A stretch of DNA of 64,000 nucleotides from Akkermansiaceae bacterium (lineage in GTDB: Bacteria > Verrucomicrobiota > Verrucomicrobiia > Verrucomicrobiales > Akkermansiaceae), in contig JALZWA010000034.1 of NCBI GenBank assembly GCA_023299815.1, positions 137 through 64,136 of the forward strand. The letters run 5' to 3'. The notes under the pieces are model-generated. The model did not search any database and had not been told where the DNA came from. It worked only from the letters and a program-made list of their open reading frames with translations. Below, piece after piece: positions 9,282-16,952 of this stretch (its first letter is position 1; the number at the start of each line of letters is the position of its first letter). The position numbers were made by a program, and so were the translations under genes.

Positions 9282-10234
9282 GCCCCCCCCTCACTTCGCG
9301 ATTCAAACCAGCCCATCTCGCTGTCATCGCCCTCTTCCTCCTTCTTCTCGTTCTCTCCCTACTCGCGCTGCGACCGGATCGAGAAACCAAAGTCGCAGTC
9401 ACCCGTGACCAAGGGCAGAATGCCGTCGTCGGTGGCGAGGAAGCCCTGCAATTTCTCATCAAAGTGCTCAGCTCCAACCCGCAAGAACGGCAAGAACTCG
9501 TTCTCCTCAGAGAAGGAATCCACGAGCGCATGCAGCGCGCCCAAAATCCTGCTTGGGAGGCGACTCTAAAATCACTTCAGCCCAAACTCTTCAGCCCGGG
9601 AGCGATTAGACAAAACCAACGGGAGCGAGGCTGGTATCGCTTGAATTACGAAATCCCCTACGGCGCACCCATCACCGATCTCTTTATCCCCCTAGTGACT
9701 AATGAACTGGCCCTTCAACAACGCTATCCCAATGCCATCGAGCGCGCCGCTTTTCGCGCCCGAGAAAAACAGGTAAGGCCCACGCGCTGCGCCTTTTTCA
9801 TCCGCCGGACGAAGGACGGGCTCCGCTTTGATTGGGATCAATTCCACCAAAGCCTCACCCACGCCGTAGAAGAATTCTGCGGTTCCCCTCAGGAGGGAGA
9901 GGAAAAATTCTTTGTCCTCACCATGATCGAAAACGAAATGATCGAGGAAATCTATCGTCACCCTCCTGCTCCGGCTTACCGCTGGTTCCGCTTCGGAGAT
10001 CCCGCTTACTCCAACCGCGGATTCACCGCAGCCCTCTCCGCCGATTCACCCCATCTTAGCCAGTATTTGAAACGTCTCGTTCCGAGAACCAAGACAGGAG
10101 ATCACCGCGTCATGCCCGTGGCCATCACCGTCACCTGGGATCAATCGGTCGACCCGCCCTTCTTAAAAATCACCGATTCCGATGGCTGGGGCTTTGAGGG
10201 ACTCCGCGAGTCCAACCTTCCTTGGACGGACTAG
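9278..10234 (+). CDS. Hypothetical membrane-anchored protein, translationally coupled to the HTTM gene
   Basis: ATGA 4-nt overlap with the upstream stop. N-terminal TM helix HLAVIALFLLLLVLSLLAL. No recognised domain. Confidence 0.55.
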   Translation: MSPPLTSRFKPAHLAVIALFLLLLVLSLLALRPDRETKVAVTRDQGQNAVVGGEEALQFLIKVLSSNPQERQELVLLREGIHERMQRAQNPAWEATLKSLQPKLFSPGAIRQNQRERGWYRLNYEIPYGAPITDLFIPLVTNELALQQRYPNAIERAAFRAREKQVRPTRCAFFIRRTKDGLRFDWDQFHQSLTHAVEEFCGSPQEGEEKFFVLTMIENEMIEEIYRHPPAPAYRWFRFGDPAYSNRGFTAALSADSPHLSQYLKRLVPRTKTGDHRVMPVAITVTWDQSVDPPFLKITDSDGWGFEGLRESNLPWTD

Positions 10235-10237
10235 CCT

Positions 10238-10741
10238 TTACTCCACTCCCGCTGCCTTCCACTCATCCCAGCCCCCTTTATAAATCGAGGTAGAGTAGCC
10301 TTCTTTTGCCAGGAGTTGAGCCACCGCATAGCCATCTGGGCAGACGATATCCGCGCAATACAAGACGATGGTCTGCTTCGCAAAAATGGCGGCATCAAGC
10401 TGCGGCTTCACCTTGGGATATTTCGTCACATAATTCTTTTTCGACAGGCTAATCGACCCGGGAATGTTTCCCAACGCATAAATCAGCCTCGGACGCACAT
10501 CGACGAGAAGAACAGAATCATTCAATCACATCTCGAACACACGAGGCAGTTCTACCGAGGTGATCTCCCCCTTCTTAAGCTCCTGGACGGTCACTTTCTT
10601 CACCAATTCCTGAGGAGCTGCCACCTTAACGACCGGCTTCACCGCCAGCACCTCAGGCGGAGCAGGCGCAATAACGGGTTCAGGATCCGCACATGACACG
10701 AGCATCATGTCACACATGAAGAGGGAAACCTGAATCGTCAT
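10238..10741 (-). CDS. Rhodanese-domain lipoprotein split by one in-frame TGA (complement of 10526-10528): possible recoding event or pseudogene
   Basis: Track ORFs 10526-10741 and 10238-10525 are in the same frame, separated only by TGA. The upstream part has a lipobox-like LVSC, a Pro-rich linker, and the start of a rhodanese fold (VTVQELKKGE). The downstream part is the rest of the domain (LLVDVRP...GNIPGS...VLYCADIVCP...GGWDEWKAAG) and has only a TTG start. Confidence 0.55.
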
Positions 10742-10860
10742 ATCGCGATTTCATCAACGCCTTCACCGAAAGACAACCATCCTTGCCAAGAGAGCCACTC
10801 CAAAAGCTCATTGCCAATTCAGCTGATCTTGCCACCCTCTCCCACCCCCCTCTTTTTACC

Positions 10861-12477
10861 ATGTCTGACTTCCTCGTCATCGGCTCCGGCATCGCCGGCC
10901 TCTCCTTCGCGATCAAAGCTGCCGAGCACGGCAGCGTCACCATCATCACCAAGGGCAAGCTCCTCGACTCGAACACCGCATGGGCGCAGGGCGGTATCTC
11001 AGCAGTCCTCCCTCCCGAACTTCGCGACCCGGAGGATAACTGCGAGAAGCACGTCGCAGACACGCTCGATGCCGGAGGCGGACTCTGCCACAAGGACGCG
11101 GTGGAGGTCATCATTGGCGAAGCCGCCGAGACGATCGAAGAACTCGTCGCCTGGGGCACGGACTTTGACCACGATCACGATGACCCCGAGCGCTACTCTC
11201 TTTGCAAAGAAGGCGGGCATTCGGAACGCCGCATTCTTCATTCAAAAGACACCACCGGTCGCGAGATCGCCACCTCACTGGTGGAGACGGCGCGGAAGAT
11301 CGAGAACATCACCATCTTAGAAGACCACTACGCGATCGACCTCATCACCACTGGGAAGCTCGGCGCCGTAACCGATGATCGTGTCCTAGGCGCCTACGTG
11401 CTCAATATTAAAAAAGGGAAAGTCAGCCCGATCGAATCCCCCCGCGTCATCCTCGCCACCGGCGGCTGCGGAAAAACCTATCTCTACACCACTAACCCTG
11501 ACTCCTCGACGGGTGACGGACTCGCAATGTCTTGGCGCGCTGGTGCCGAAATCGCGAACATGGAGTTCATCCAGTTCCACCCCACCTGCTTCTACAACCC
11601 CGCCGCAGCCGGCCCAGAAGCGCGCTCATTTTTAGTCTCAGAAGCAGTCCGTGGTGAGGGTGCCGTATTGGTCAATGCCGAGGGTTATCAATTCGTAAAC
11701 GATCACGACCCGCGCGGCTCGCTCGCGCCCCGAGACATCGTAGCACGCGCGATCGACACCGAGATCAAGCGCACCGGCGCGCCCTGCGTCTATCTCGATG
11801 TCTCCCCGCTCGGCGCTGAGTTCACCGAGCGCTTTCCTTTCATCCACGAGACACTCCTCAGCTTCGGTCACAACGCACTAGAGAAACCCATCCCCGTCGT
11901 CCCCGCCGCGCACTACCAATGCGGCGGAGTCGTCACTGACCTCGATGGCAAGACGAGCATCCGAGGACTTTTCGCCGTCGGCGAAGTCGCCTGCACCGGC
12001 CTCCATGGAGCGAACCGCCTCGCCTCGAATAGCCTCCTAGAAGGAAATGTCATGGCCCGCCGCGCCCTCGCCGAAATCCTGCGTCGCTTCCCTCCCGGCA
12101 AGCCCATCCCGAATGCACCCGAGATCCCGAAGTGGGAAAGTGGCAATGCCGCGCCGCCTGACGAGCTGGTCAACATCTACCACGCCTGGGACGAACTCCG
12201 CCGCACGATGCAGGACTACGTCTCGATCGTCCGCACCGATAACCGCCTCCGCCGCGCCTCTAACAGATTACAGAACCTCCGCCGTGAGGTCCGCGATTTC
12301 TACTGGGGCCACACCGTGACACCGGATATTTTAGAACTGCGCAATCTCGTAGCAACCGCCAGCCTCATCATCGACTCCGCCATTTTAAGAAAAGAATCCC
12401 GCGGCTCACACCACACCCTAGATTACCTAGGCACGGAGGAGCGCTTCGAGAAGGATACTGTGCTGAGGAGGTTTTAA
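10861..12477 (+). CDS. nadB: L-aspartate oxidase
   Basis: FAD-binding N-terminus MSDFLVIGSGIAGLSFA from internal Met27. NadB/succinate-dehydrogenase flavoprotein-like motifs throughout (AQGGI, HPT, RGEGA, GLHGANRLASNSLLE). Confidence 0.9.
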   Translation: MSDFLVIGSGIAGLSFAIKAAEHGSVTIITKGKLLDSNTAWAQGGISAVLPPELRDPEDNCEKHVADTLDAGGGLCHKDAVEVIIGEAAETIEELVAWGTDFDHDHDDPERYSLCKEGGHSERRILHSKDTTGREIATSLVETARKIENITILEDHYAIDLITTGKLGAVTDDRVLGAYVLNIKKGKVSPIESPRVILATGGCGKTYLYTTNPDSSTGDGLAMSWRAGAEIANMEFIQFHPTCFYNPAAAGPEARSFLVSEAVRGEGAVLVNAEGYQFVNDHDPRGSLAPRDIVARAIDTEIKRTGAPCVYLDVSPLGAEFTERFPFIHETLLSFGHNALEKPIPVVPAAHYQCGGVVTDLDGKTSIRGLFAVGEVACTGLHGANRLASNSLLEGNVMARRALAEILRRFPPGKPIPNAPEIPKWESGNAAPPDELVNIYHAWDELRRTMQDYVSIVRTDNRLRRASNRLQNLRREVRDFYWGHTVTPDILELRNLVATASLIIDSAILRKESRGSHHTLDYLGTEERFEKDTVLRRF

Positions 12478-12489
12478 GATCCCTCCCAC

Positions 12490-12740
12490 GGCCCAACGGG
12501 CCAAACTATCGTAACCTAGGGCAGCGCCCTAGGTTCTCTCTCCAGATCGAAAAGAGGCCAAGCCCAGCGGGTCGTAAATCTATCGGGAACCCGCAGACCA
12601 GAACCCATTCGCATCGGTCTCGCAATGTGGGCTGCGAGCGAATCATCTCAGACGTCGGCATCTGCGGCTTGCCCATGATTCCGCTGAACTAAGAAACCCA
12701 GGGCGACGCCCTGGGCTACGATAGCTTAGCCCTTTGAGTC
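12490..12740. repeat. MITE-like element or long-stem structure: imperfect ~45-nt terminal inverted repeats flanking ~160 bp
   Basis: The left arm 12490-12535 (GGCCCAACGGGCCAAACTATCGTAACCTAGGGCAGCGCCCTAGGTT) matches the reverse complement of the right arm 12696-12740 (...AACCCAGGGCGACGCCCTGGGCTACGATAGCTTAGCCCTTTGAGTC). Each arm also contains its own small hairpin (CCTAGGGC..GCCCTAGG). It lies between the convergent genes nadB and the VWA gene. Confidence 0.6.
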
Positions 12741-12786
12741 GTGAGAACTGGTGAAAGCTCACCCAGATGAGGGCACGCTCAACCAC

Positions 12787-14835
12787 TTAGCGCTTCGTGG
12801 ACCAGCGGCGGAGGATGTCGAGGAACTCGGCGCGCTCTCCTTTTACATCATCCCCTTTTCCGCTGAGGGCGAGTTGGGTGACGAGTTCGGGGGTTCCTGC
12901 TCCGGCGTGCTTTGAGTCGCGCAGGAGCATCCCCCAGAGGCTGACTGAGGAGGCGAAGCGGAAGTCCTCGCTCGCTTCCTGCCACTTGCCGTTTTGATCG
13001 GTAAGGGGCTGGCTGATCTCGGTGGAGACTTGCCCATCCGGCTGCTTATAGCGGAGCTTTACGGTGAGGAGTTCGGGCGAGTCGGTGAGCTTCACCTTAG
13101 GCACGACGGGCGCTTCTTGCTGCTGGTATTTGAGACCGGCAGGAATGGCGGGCTTCTCGGCTCCGACAGGGACGATTTCATAAAGCGCCGTGACGCGGTG
13201 GCCTGCGCCGATGTCTCCGGCATCGATCTTATCATTAGCGAAGTCTTCATCGCGCAAGCGGCGGTTCGCGTAGCCGATGAGGCGGTATTGCGCGACCTTG
13301 CTGGGGTTGAACTCGACTTGGATTTTGACGTCCTTGGCGATGGTCTGGATGGTTCCAGTGAGGCCGCTTTGGAAGACCTTCTGGCCCTCACGAAGGGAGT
13401 CGAGGTAGTAGTAATTCCCATCGCCCTTGTTGGTGAGATTTTCGAGAAGGGCGTCATTGAGATTCCCCTGTCCAAAGCCGAGCACGGTGAGCGAAATGTT
13501 GCCGTCAGCTTGCTTTTTCACAAGCTGAAGGAGGGCGTCGTGACTGGTGGGGCCGACATTGAAATCGCCATCAGTCGCGAGGATCACGCGGTTCACTCCT
13601 TCTTTAATAAAGGCCTTGCGAGCAAGCTCGTAAGCGGTGGTGATGCCAGCCGACCCGTGGGTGCCTCCCCCAGCGGAGAGGCTCTTGAGCGCCTTGTTAA
13701 CCTGAGCGCGGCCACCAGCATCGATGGCGGTGGGATCAAGAAGAACGGCCTGACGACCGGCGTAGACGACGAGGCTGACGCGGTCATCTTCATTCAACTC
13801 TTCGAGGAGGAGCTGGAAGGACTGCACAAGGAGCGGGAGCTTGTCAGCATTGCTCATCGAGCCGGAGACATCGATGAGGAAGACGAGGTTCGCGGCCTTG
13901 CGCTCGCCTTGGTTGACGGACTTTCCTTGGAGGCCAATTTTGACGAGGCGGTGATTTTCATTCCACGGACAAGAGGCGACCTCGTTCTGGACGGCGAAGG
14001 GATGCGCTCCCTCCGGCTGCGGGTAGGAGTAGTCGAAGTAGTTGATCATTTCCTCAATGCGGACGGCATTGGGATTGATCGCCTGATTGTTCTGAACGTG
14101 ACGGCGGATGTTCGTGTAGGACGCGGTATCGACATCGGTCGAGAAGGTGGAAAGCGGCGCGGTGAGAGGCGAGAGGAAGCCGGTCTCAATGAGCGGTCCG
14201 TATTTCTCGGTGGTGGGAGCTTCTTGAATACGACGACCGAAGATGGAACCTCGGCTGCCGGGAGCTGCTACAGCGTCTGTTCCGAAGTCTTTTGACCTCG
14301 TGTCCATTGCTGGACTCCTGCGCACGGATTTCGCGGGCATGGGGGCGGACTTCGCTAATGGTTGAGGCGAGATAGGACTAGGCTTGGGGGGGACACGTGC
14401 GCTTTCCGCAGGAGACACAGACACACTAGTGGGAGGTCGCTCAGCGGAGGCAATCACGTTAGCCACCGAAGAAGACGGGGCTGCTGGTTTTTTTGCGCCT
14501 TGATGAGAGTTTATTTTCTCTTCGATCTCACGCATTTCATCCGGAGTCAGCGCTGGCTCTTCCATAGAAAGAATCGCAATGTCATCGCTCGATCCTTTCT
14601 TCATTTTCTCGCTGAGGAAAAAAATTCCCACGGCAGTTCCCGTGACAAGGAAAAGGGCCGCGATGGCGGAAAAGGCGGGGCGTCTTTTGCGCGCTCCTTT
14701 TTCAAGCGACTCCTCGTTTTTGACGGGATGCTGGTCGAGGGATTCTTCGAGTTGGTCGAGGAAGGCTTGGTCGTCTTTTGCTTCGAGACGGGCGTGTTCC
14801 TTGAGGGCTTGGTCGATGAAGTAGTCGTCGTTCAT
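12787..14835 (-). CDS. Anti-sigma-factor-like membrane protein with extracytoplasmic von Willebrand factor A domain (YfbK-like VWA plus C-terminal extension)
   Basis: Short cytoplasmic N-terminus, one TM helix (AFSAIAALFLVTGTAVGIFFL), a Pro/Ser-rich linker, and the MIDAS motif LVFLIDVSGSMS. Located 5 nt downstream of an ECF sigma gene. Confidence 0.7.
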   Translation of the reverse strand: MNDDYFIDQALKEHARLEAKDDQAFLDQLEESLDQHPVKNEESLEKGARKRRPAFSAIAALFLVTGTAVGIFFLSEKMKKGSSDDIAILSMEEPALTPDEMREIEEKINSHQGAKKPAAPSSSVANVIASAERPPTSVSVSPAESARVPPKPSPISPQPLAKSAPMPAKSVRRSPAMDTRSKDFGTDAVAAPGSRGSIFGRRIQEAPTTEKYGPLIETGFLSPLTAPLSTFSTDVDTASYTNIRRHVQNNQAINPNAVRIEEMINYFDYSYPQPEGAHPFAVQNEVASCPWNENHRLVKIGLQGKSVNQGERKAANLVFLIDVSGSMSNADKLPLLVQSFQLLLEELNEDDRVSLVVYAGRQAVLLDPTAIDAGGRAQVNKALKSLSAGGGTHGSAGITTAYELARKAFIKEGVNRVILATDGDFNVGPTSHDALLQLVKKQADGNISLTVLGFGQGNLNDALLENLTNKGDGNYYYLDSLREGQKVFQSGLTGTIQTIAKDVKIQVEFNPSKVAQYRLIGYANRRLRDEDFANDKIDAGDIGAGHRVTALYEIVPVGAEKPAIPAGLKYQQQEAPVVPKVKLTDSPELLTVKLRYKQPDGQVSTEISQPLTDQNGKWQEASEDFRFASSVSLWGMLLRDSKHAGAGTPELVTQLALSGKGDDVKGERAEFLDILRRWSTKR

Positions 14836-14840
14836 GGGTC

Positions 14841-15410
14841 TTAGGCGTGGGAAGTTTTAGAAGTGAGGCAGATCTTGAGGGCGGCGCGGCCGCGCTGGAG
14901 ACGCTTACGAGTGGCGGGCTCTGAGGCATTGAGTTGCTCGGCAGCTTCGGCAGTGGAGAGATCTTGGTAATAATGGGCGAGAATGGGACCGAGGAGAGTC
15001 TCGGGGAGTTTATCGAGGCAGTCTTTGAGCTCATCGAAGAAGCCGGACTGGGGCAGTTCTTTGATCGTGTCCTCGAGCTTGGAGAGCGCTTCATCATCCC
15101 ATGAGCTGAGGCGGGAATTTTTCCGGCAGTGCTCACGCCATTTATTCCGGATGATGCCACGGAGCCAGGAGCCGAAGTCTCGGGTGACATCGAACTTCGA
15201 CCAGTTCTGCCAAGCTAGGAGGAAGGCATCCTGAGAAAGGTCACGAGCAGTGTGCTCCTCTCCGGCAAGGGTGCGGGCATAGAGAAGCGCCATGCGATGG
15301 TGCTCACGGGCGAGCGCCGAGAAGGTCTGGCGAGGTGTGGGTTCAGAGGTGTCTGGCATTGCGAGAGAGTTCACAGAGGGTATTGACTCTAAGGACGCGG
15401 ATTGTGACAT
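14841..15410 (-). CDS. ECF-family RNA polymerase sigma-70 factor
   Basis: Region 2 (DLSQDAFLLAWQNWSKFD...FGSWLRGIIRNKW) and region 4 (DLSTAEAAEQLNASEPATRKRLQRGRAAL). Start set at Met25; Met42 (15359) and the track start (15482) are alternatives. Confidence 0.8.
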   Translation of the reverse strand: MSQSASLESIPSVNSLAMPDTSEPTPRQTFSALAREHHRMALLYARTLAGEEHTARDLSQDAFLLAWQNWSKFDVTRDFGSWLRGIIRNKWREHCRKNSRLSSWDDEALSKLEDTIKELPQSGFFDELKDCLDKLPETLLGPILAHYYQDLSTAEAAEQLNASEPATRKRLQRGRAALKICLTSKTSHA

Positions 15411-15593
15411 CGATCTTGGATTTTTTTCAAACTGAACCCGAATCAGTTCGAAAAGGAGTCGTGCCGCCGCTTCAGACAACAAGCGGAGAAAGCTGGACTT
15501 TGCTAACTTGGTTGCGGGGCGTGGTTAGATTAGCGGCGAGGTGTCACAACTCCTTTCTCATCTTCCTCGAAGTGCGCTCGGCACTTTGAAGGC

Positions 15594-15630
15594 AAAAGAA
15601 AAGGCCCGCCGCAGATGCGACGGGCCTTTT
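15594..15630 (-). terminator. Rho-independent terminator downstream of the two-UGA gene
   Basis: On the minus strand, AAAAGGCCCG-TCGCATCTGCGG-CGGGCCTTTT is followed by CTTTT; it is usable in both directions. Confidence 0.7.
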
Positions 15631-15656
15631 CGGATTAAACTTTGTTCTAGCTGAGC

Positions 15657-16220
15657 TTAGAGTGGGAGAGAGCCCATTTTACTGGAATCCTTCACTTCAA
15701 ACTTCGCACGCTTGAGAACTTTCTCGATGGCTTCCTTATCGTACTCATCTTCGCTACCGAGGAGAACCTCGACGCTGCTGGATGAAACGAAGGCAAAGCT
15801 AACACCATCAATCTTGCTAAGAGCGACACGCGCTCTTTCATTGGTGGTTGCTCATCCGCCGCCTTTTCCGACGAACTGATATCCAGCCGTTGGCTTGGCA
15901 TATTCGTCTTTGCTCATCTTCTCAAGCTTGAGACCTGCTTCCTTGAAGGCCTTACGGACATCAGATTTAGTCAGGTCTTCGCTCTCCCCATTAGGGATGA
16001 CGATGGCATTCGTTCCAGAGACGAGAACTTTCTCGACGCCTTCCATTTTTGTCAAAGCCGCACGGGCTTTGCCGGTAGCACCTCACCCACCGCCACTAAA
16101 GGCGACTGAGTAAGCAGCGATCTTGTCTGCAGCAACAGCTTCGACAGGATCTGCCGCGAATGCGACAGAGCTGACGGAACCGAAAGCGCAGACCATTCCG
16201 AAGAGGATAGTTGCTTTCAT
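15657..16220 (-). CDS. Secreted tandem HMA-like (beta-alpha-beta-beta-alpha-beta) protein with two in-frame UGA codons: candidate selenoprotein (187 codons)
   Basis: There is one continuous frame from ATG 16220 to TAA 15657, broken only by TGA at 16083-16085 and 15852-15854 (complement). Translation: MKATILFGMVCAFGSVSSVAFA|ADPVEAVAADKIAAYSVAFSGGG-U-GATGKARAALTKMEGVEKVLVSGTNAIVIPNGESEDLTKSDVRKAFKEAGLKLEKMSKDEYAKPTAGYQFVGKGGG-U-ATTNERARVALSKIDGVSFAFVSSSSVEVLLGSEDEYDKEAIEKVLKRAKFEVKDSSKMGSLPL*. Both UGAs fall at the same position of the two repeats (GGG-U-xxT...AR.AL.K..GV). Confidence 0.7.
15819..15837 (-). promoter_or_regulatory. Candidate bacterial SECIS-like hairpin 2
   Basis: mRNA AAGAGCG-CGUGU-CGCUCUU (7-bp stem, 5-nt loop containing GU), starting 14 nt 3' of the second UGA. 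Confidence 0.55.
16053..16071 (-). promoter_or_regulatory. Candidate bacterial SECIS-like hairpin 1
   Basis: mRNA CAAAGCC-CGUGC-GGCUUUG (7-bp stem, 5-nt loop containing GU), starting 11 nt 3' of the first UGA. Confidence 0.55.
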
Positions 16221-16370
16221 AACGGGGTGACGATATGGCAAGTGTTTCGATCTGCAAGACAACTTTTCAAATTCACATTCATTTATAATACTACATAAGC
16301 ATCTTTAAATAAGTAAATTGAAGGGATTAGGGGGAGATGTGGAATAAAAATTCGCCTAAACCTCACGGGA

Positions 16371-16856
16371 TCATACCGCACCTGCAGCGCCCATCCCGAT
16401 CAACCAGATAAAACTCAAGATCCAAAAGCTGAGGGTTAATAGCGCGATGATTCCGAAAAATTTCCATAAACTTCGCTGAGCATCGAGAGTCGAAACCAGA
16501 TTCTCCTCAGTGGGATGATACAGGAGAGAACCAATGCGCGTGGCATATTGGTTGAGCTTAAGCGCGGGGTAAAAATAGAGAAATGCCAAGACGATGTAAA
16601 TCAGCCCTATCTCGAATCCGAACCTCCCAATGATCCCAAGTATATCCATCCCCACTGGATCTCCAATACTTGTCCAGGCCACGATCATGCCGATGCCCCT
16701 CAAAACAGTGAAGCCGCATATGATGAAGCTCATGATGGCAAGGAAACGAGCCCAAGCCTTGGTCGCGGCAAGCGGCCTGTCCACGGCTTCCGAAACCGGA
16801 CCTCGTGAGATTTTCAGAGTATCTATCGCCAAGGGTGCCTCATAGGGATCTTCCAT
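16371..16856 (-). CDS. Hypothetical polytopic membrane protein
   Basis: ORF with 4 predicted TM helices. Start set at internal Met8 (MEDPYEAPL...). No recognised domain. Confidence 0.55.
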   Translation of the reverse strand: MEDPYEAPLAIDTLKISRGPVSEAVDRPLAATKAWARFLAIMSFIICGFTVLRGIGMIVAWTSIGDPVGMDILGIIGRFGFEIGLIYIVLAFLYFYPALKLNQYATRIGSLLYHPTEENLVSTLDAQRSLWKFFGIIALLTLSFWILSFIWLIGMGAAGAV

Positions 16857-16952
16857 CTGCCAAGAACAACGAAGCAAGCAAGTGCTGGCAAAGAAGCAGA
16901 GACAATCCAGCCCCAGTTAAGGGAAGTCGAAGAGCTCGTGACGCTCCTTTTT

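Noticed and set aside
10526-10741. Treating 10526-10741 as an independent 71-aa lipoprotein gene and 10238-10525 as an independent TTG-initiated rhodanese.
   Set aside because: This is not fully excluded, but it is disfavoured. The rhodanese fold appears to begin upstream of the stop, the downstream piece lacks any export signal or ATG/GTG start, and the two pieces are exactly in frame.
12994-14295. A 433-aa plus-strand ORF antisense to the VWA gene. Similar long shadow ORFs occur at 36255-37382 (+), 24546-25286 (-), 24556-25281 (+), 25815-26699 (+), 27426-28514 (+), 21893-22426 (-) and 26506-27192 (-).
   Set aside because: Their composition is low-complexity (G/E/V/D-, R/P/S/H- or P/S/T-rich), typical of alternative frames in GC-rich DNA. 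Each fully overlaps an ORF with clear domain motifs, and none has a recognisable motif of its own.
15852-16085. Alternative explanation for the in-frame TGAs: a reassigned genetic code (UGA=Trp, code 4, or UGA=Gly, code 25; note the GGG-TGA context).
   Set aside because: Many well-supported genes in this window terminate at TGA. Examples include the ATGA/GTGA/TGATG overlap junctions of the EPS operon and 17768-18379 / 18379-19320. Protein ends there match the expected family lengths, so UGA is a normal stop in this genome.
15692-16113. Track ORFs 15692-15901 (-) and 15895-16113 (+) inside the two-UGA locus.
   Set aside because: They are out of frame with, or antisense to, the repeat-containing frame. 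They have no signal peptide or domain pattern and would not explain the duplicated GGG-TGA architecture.
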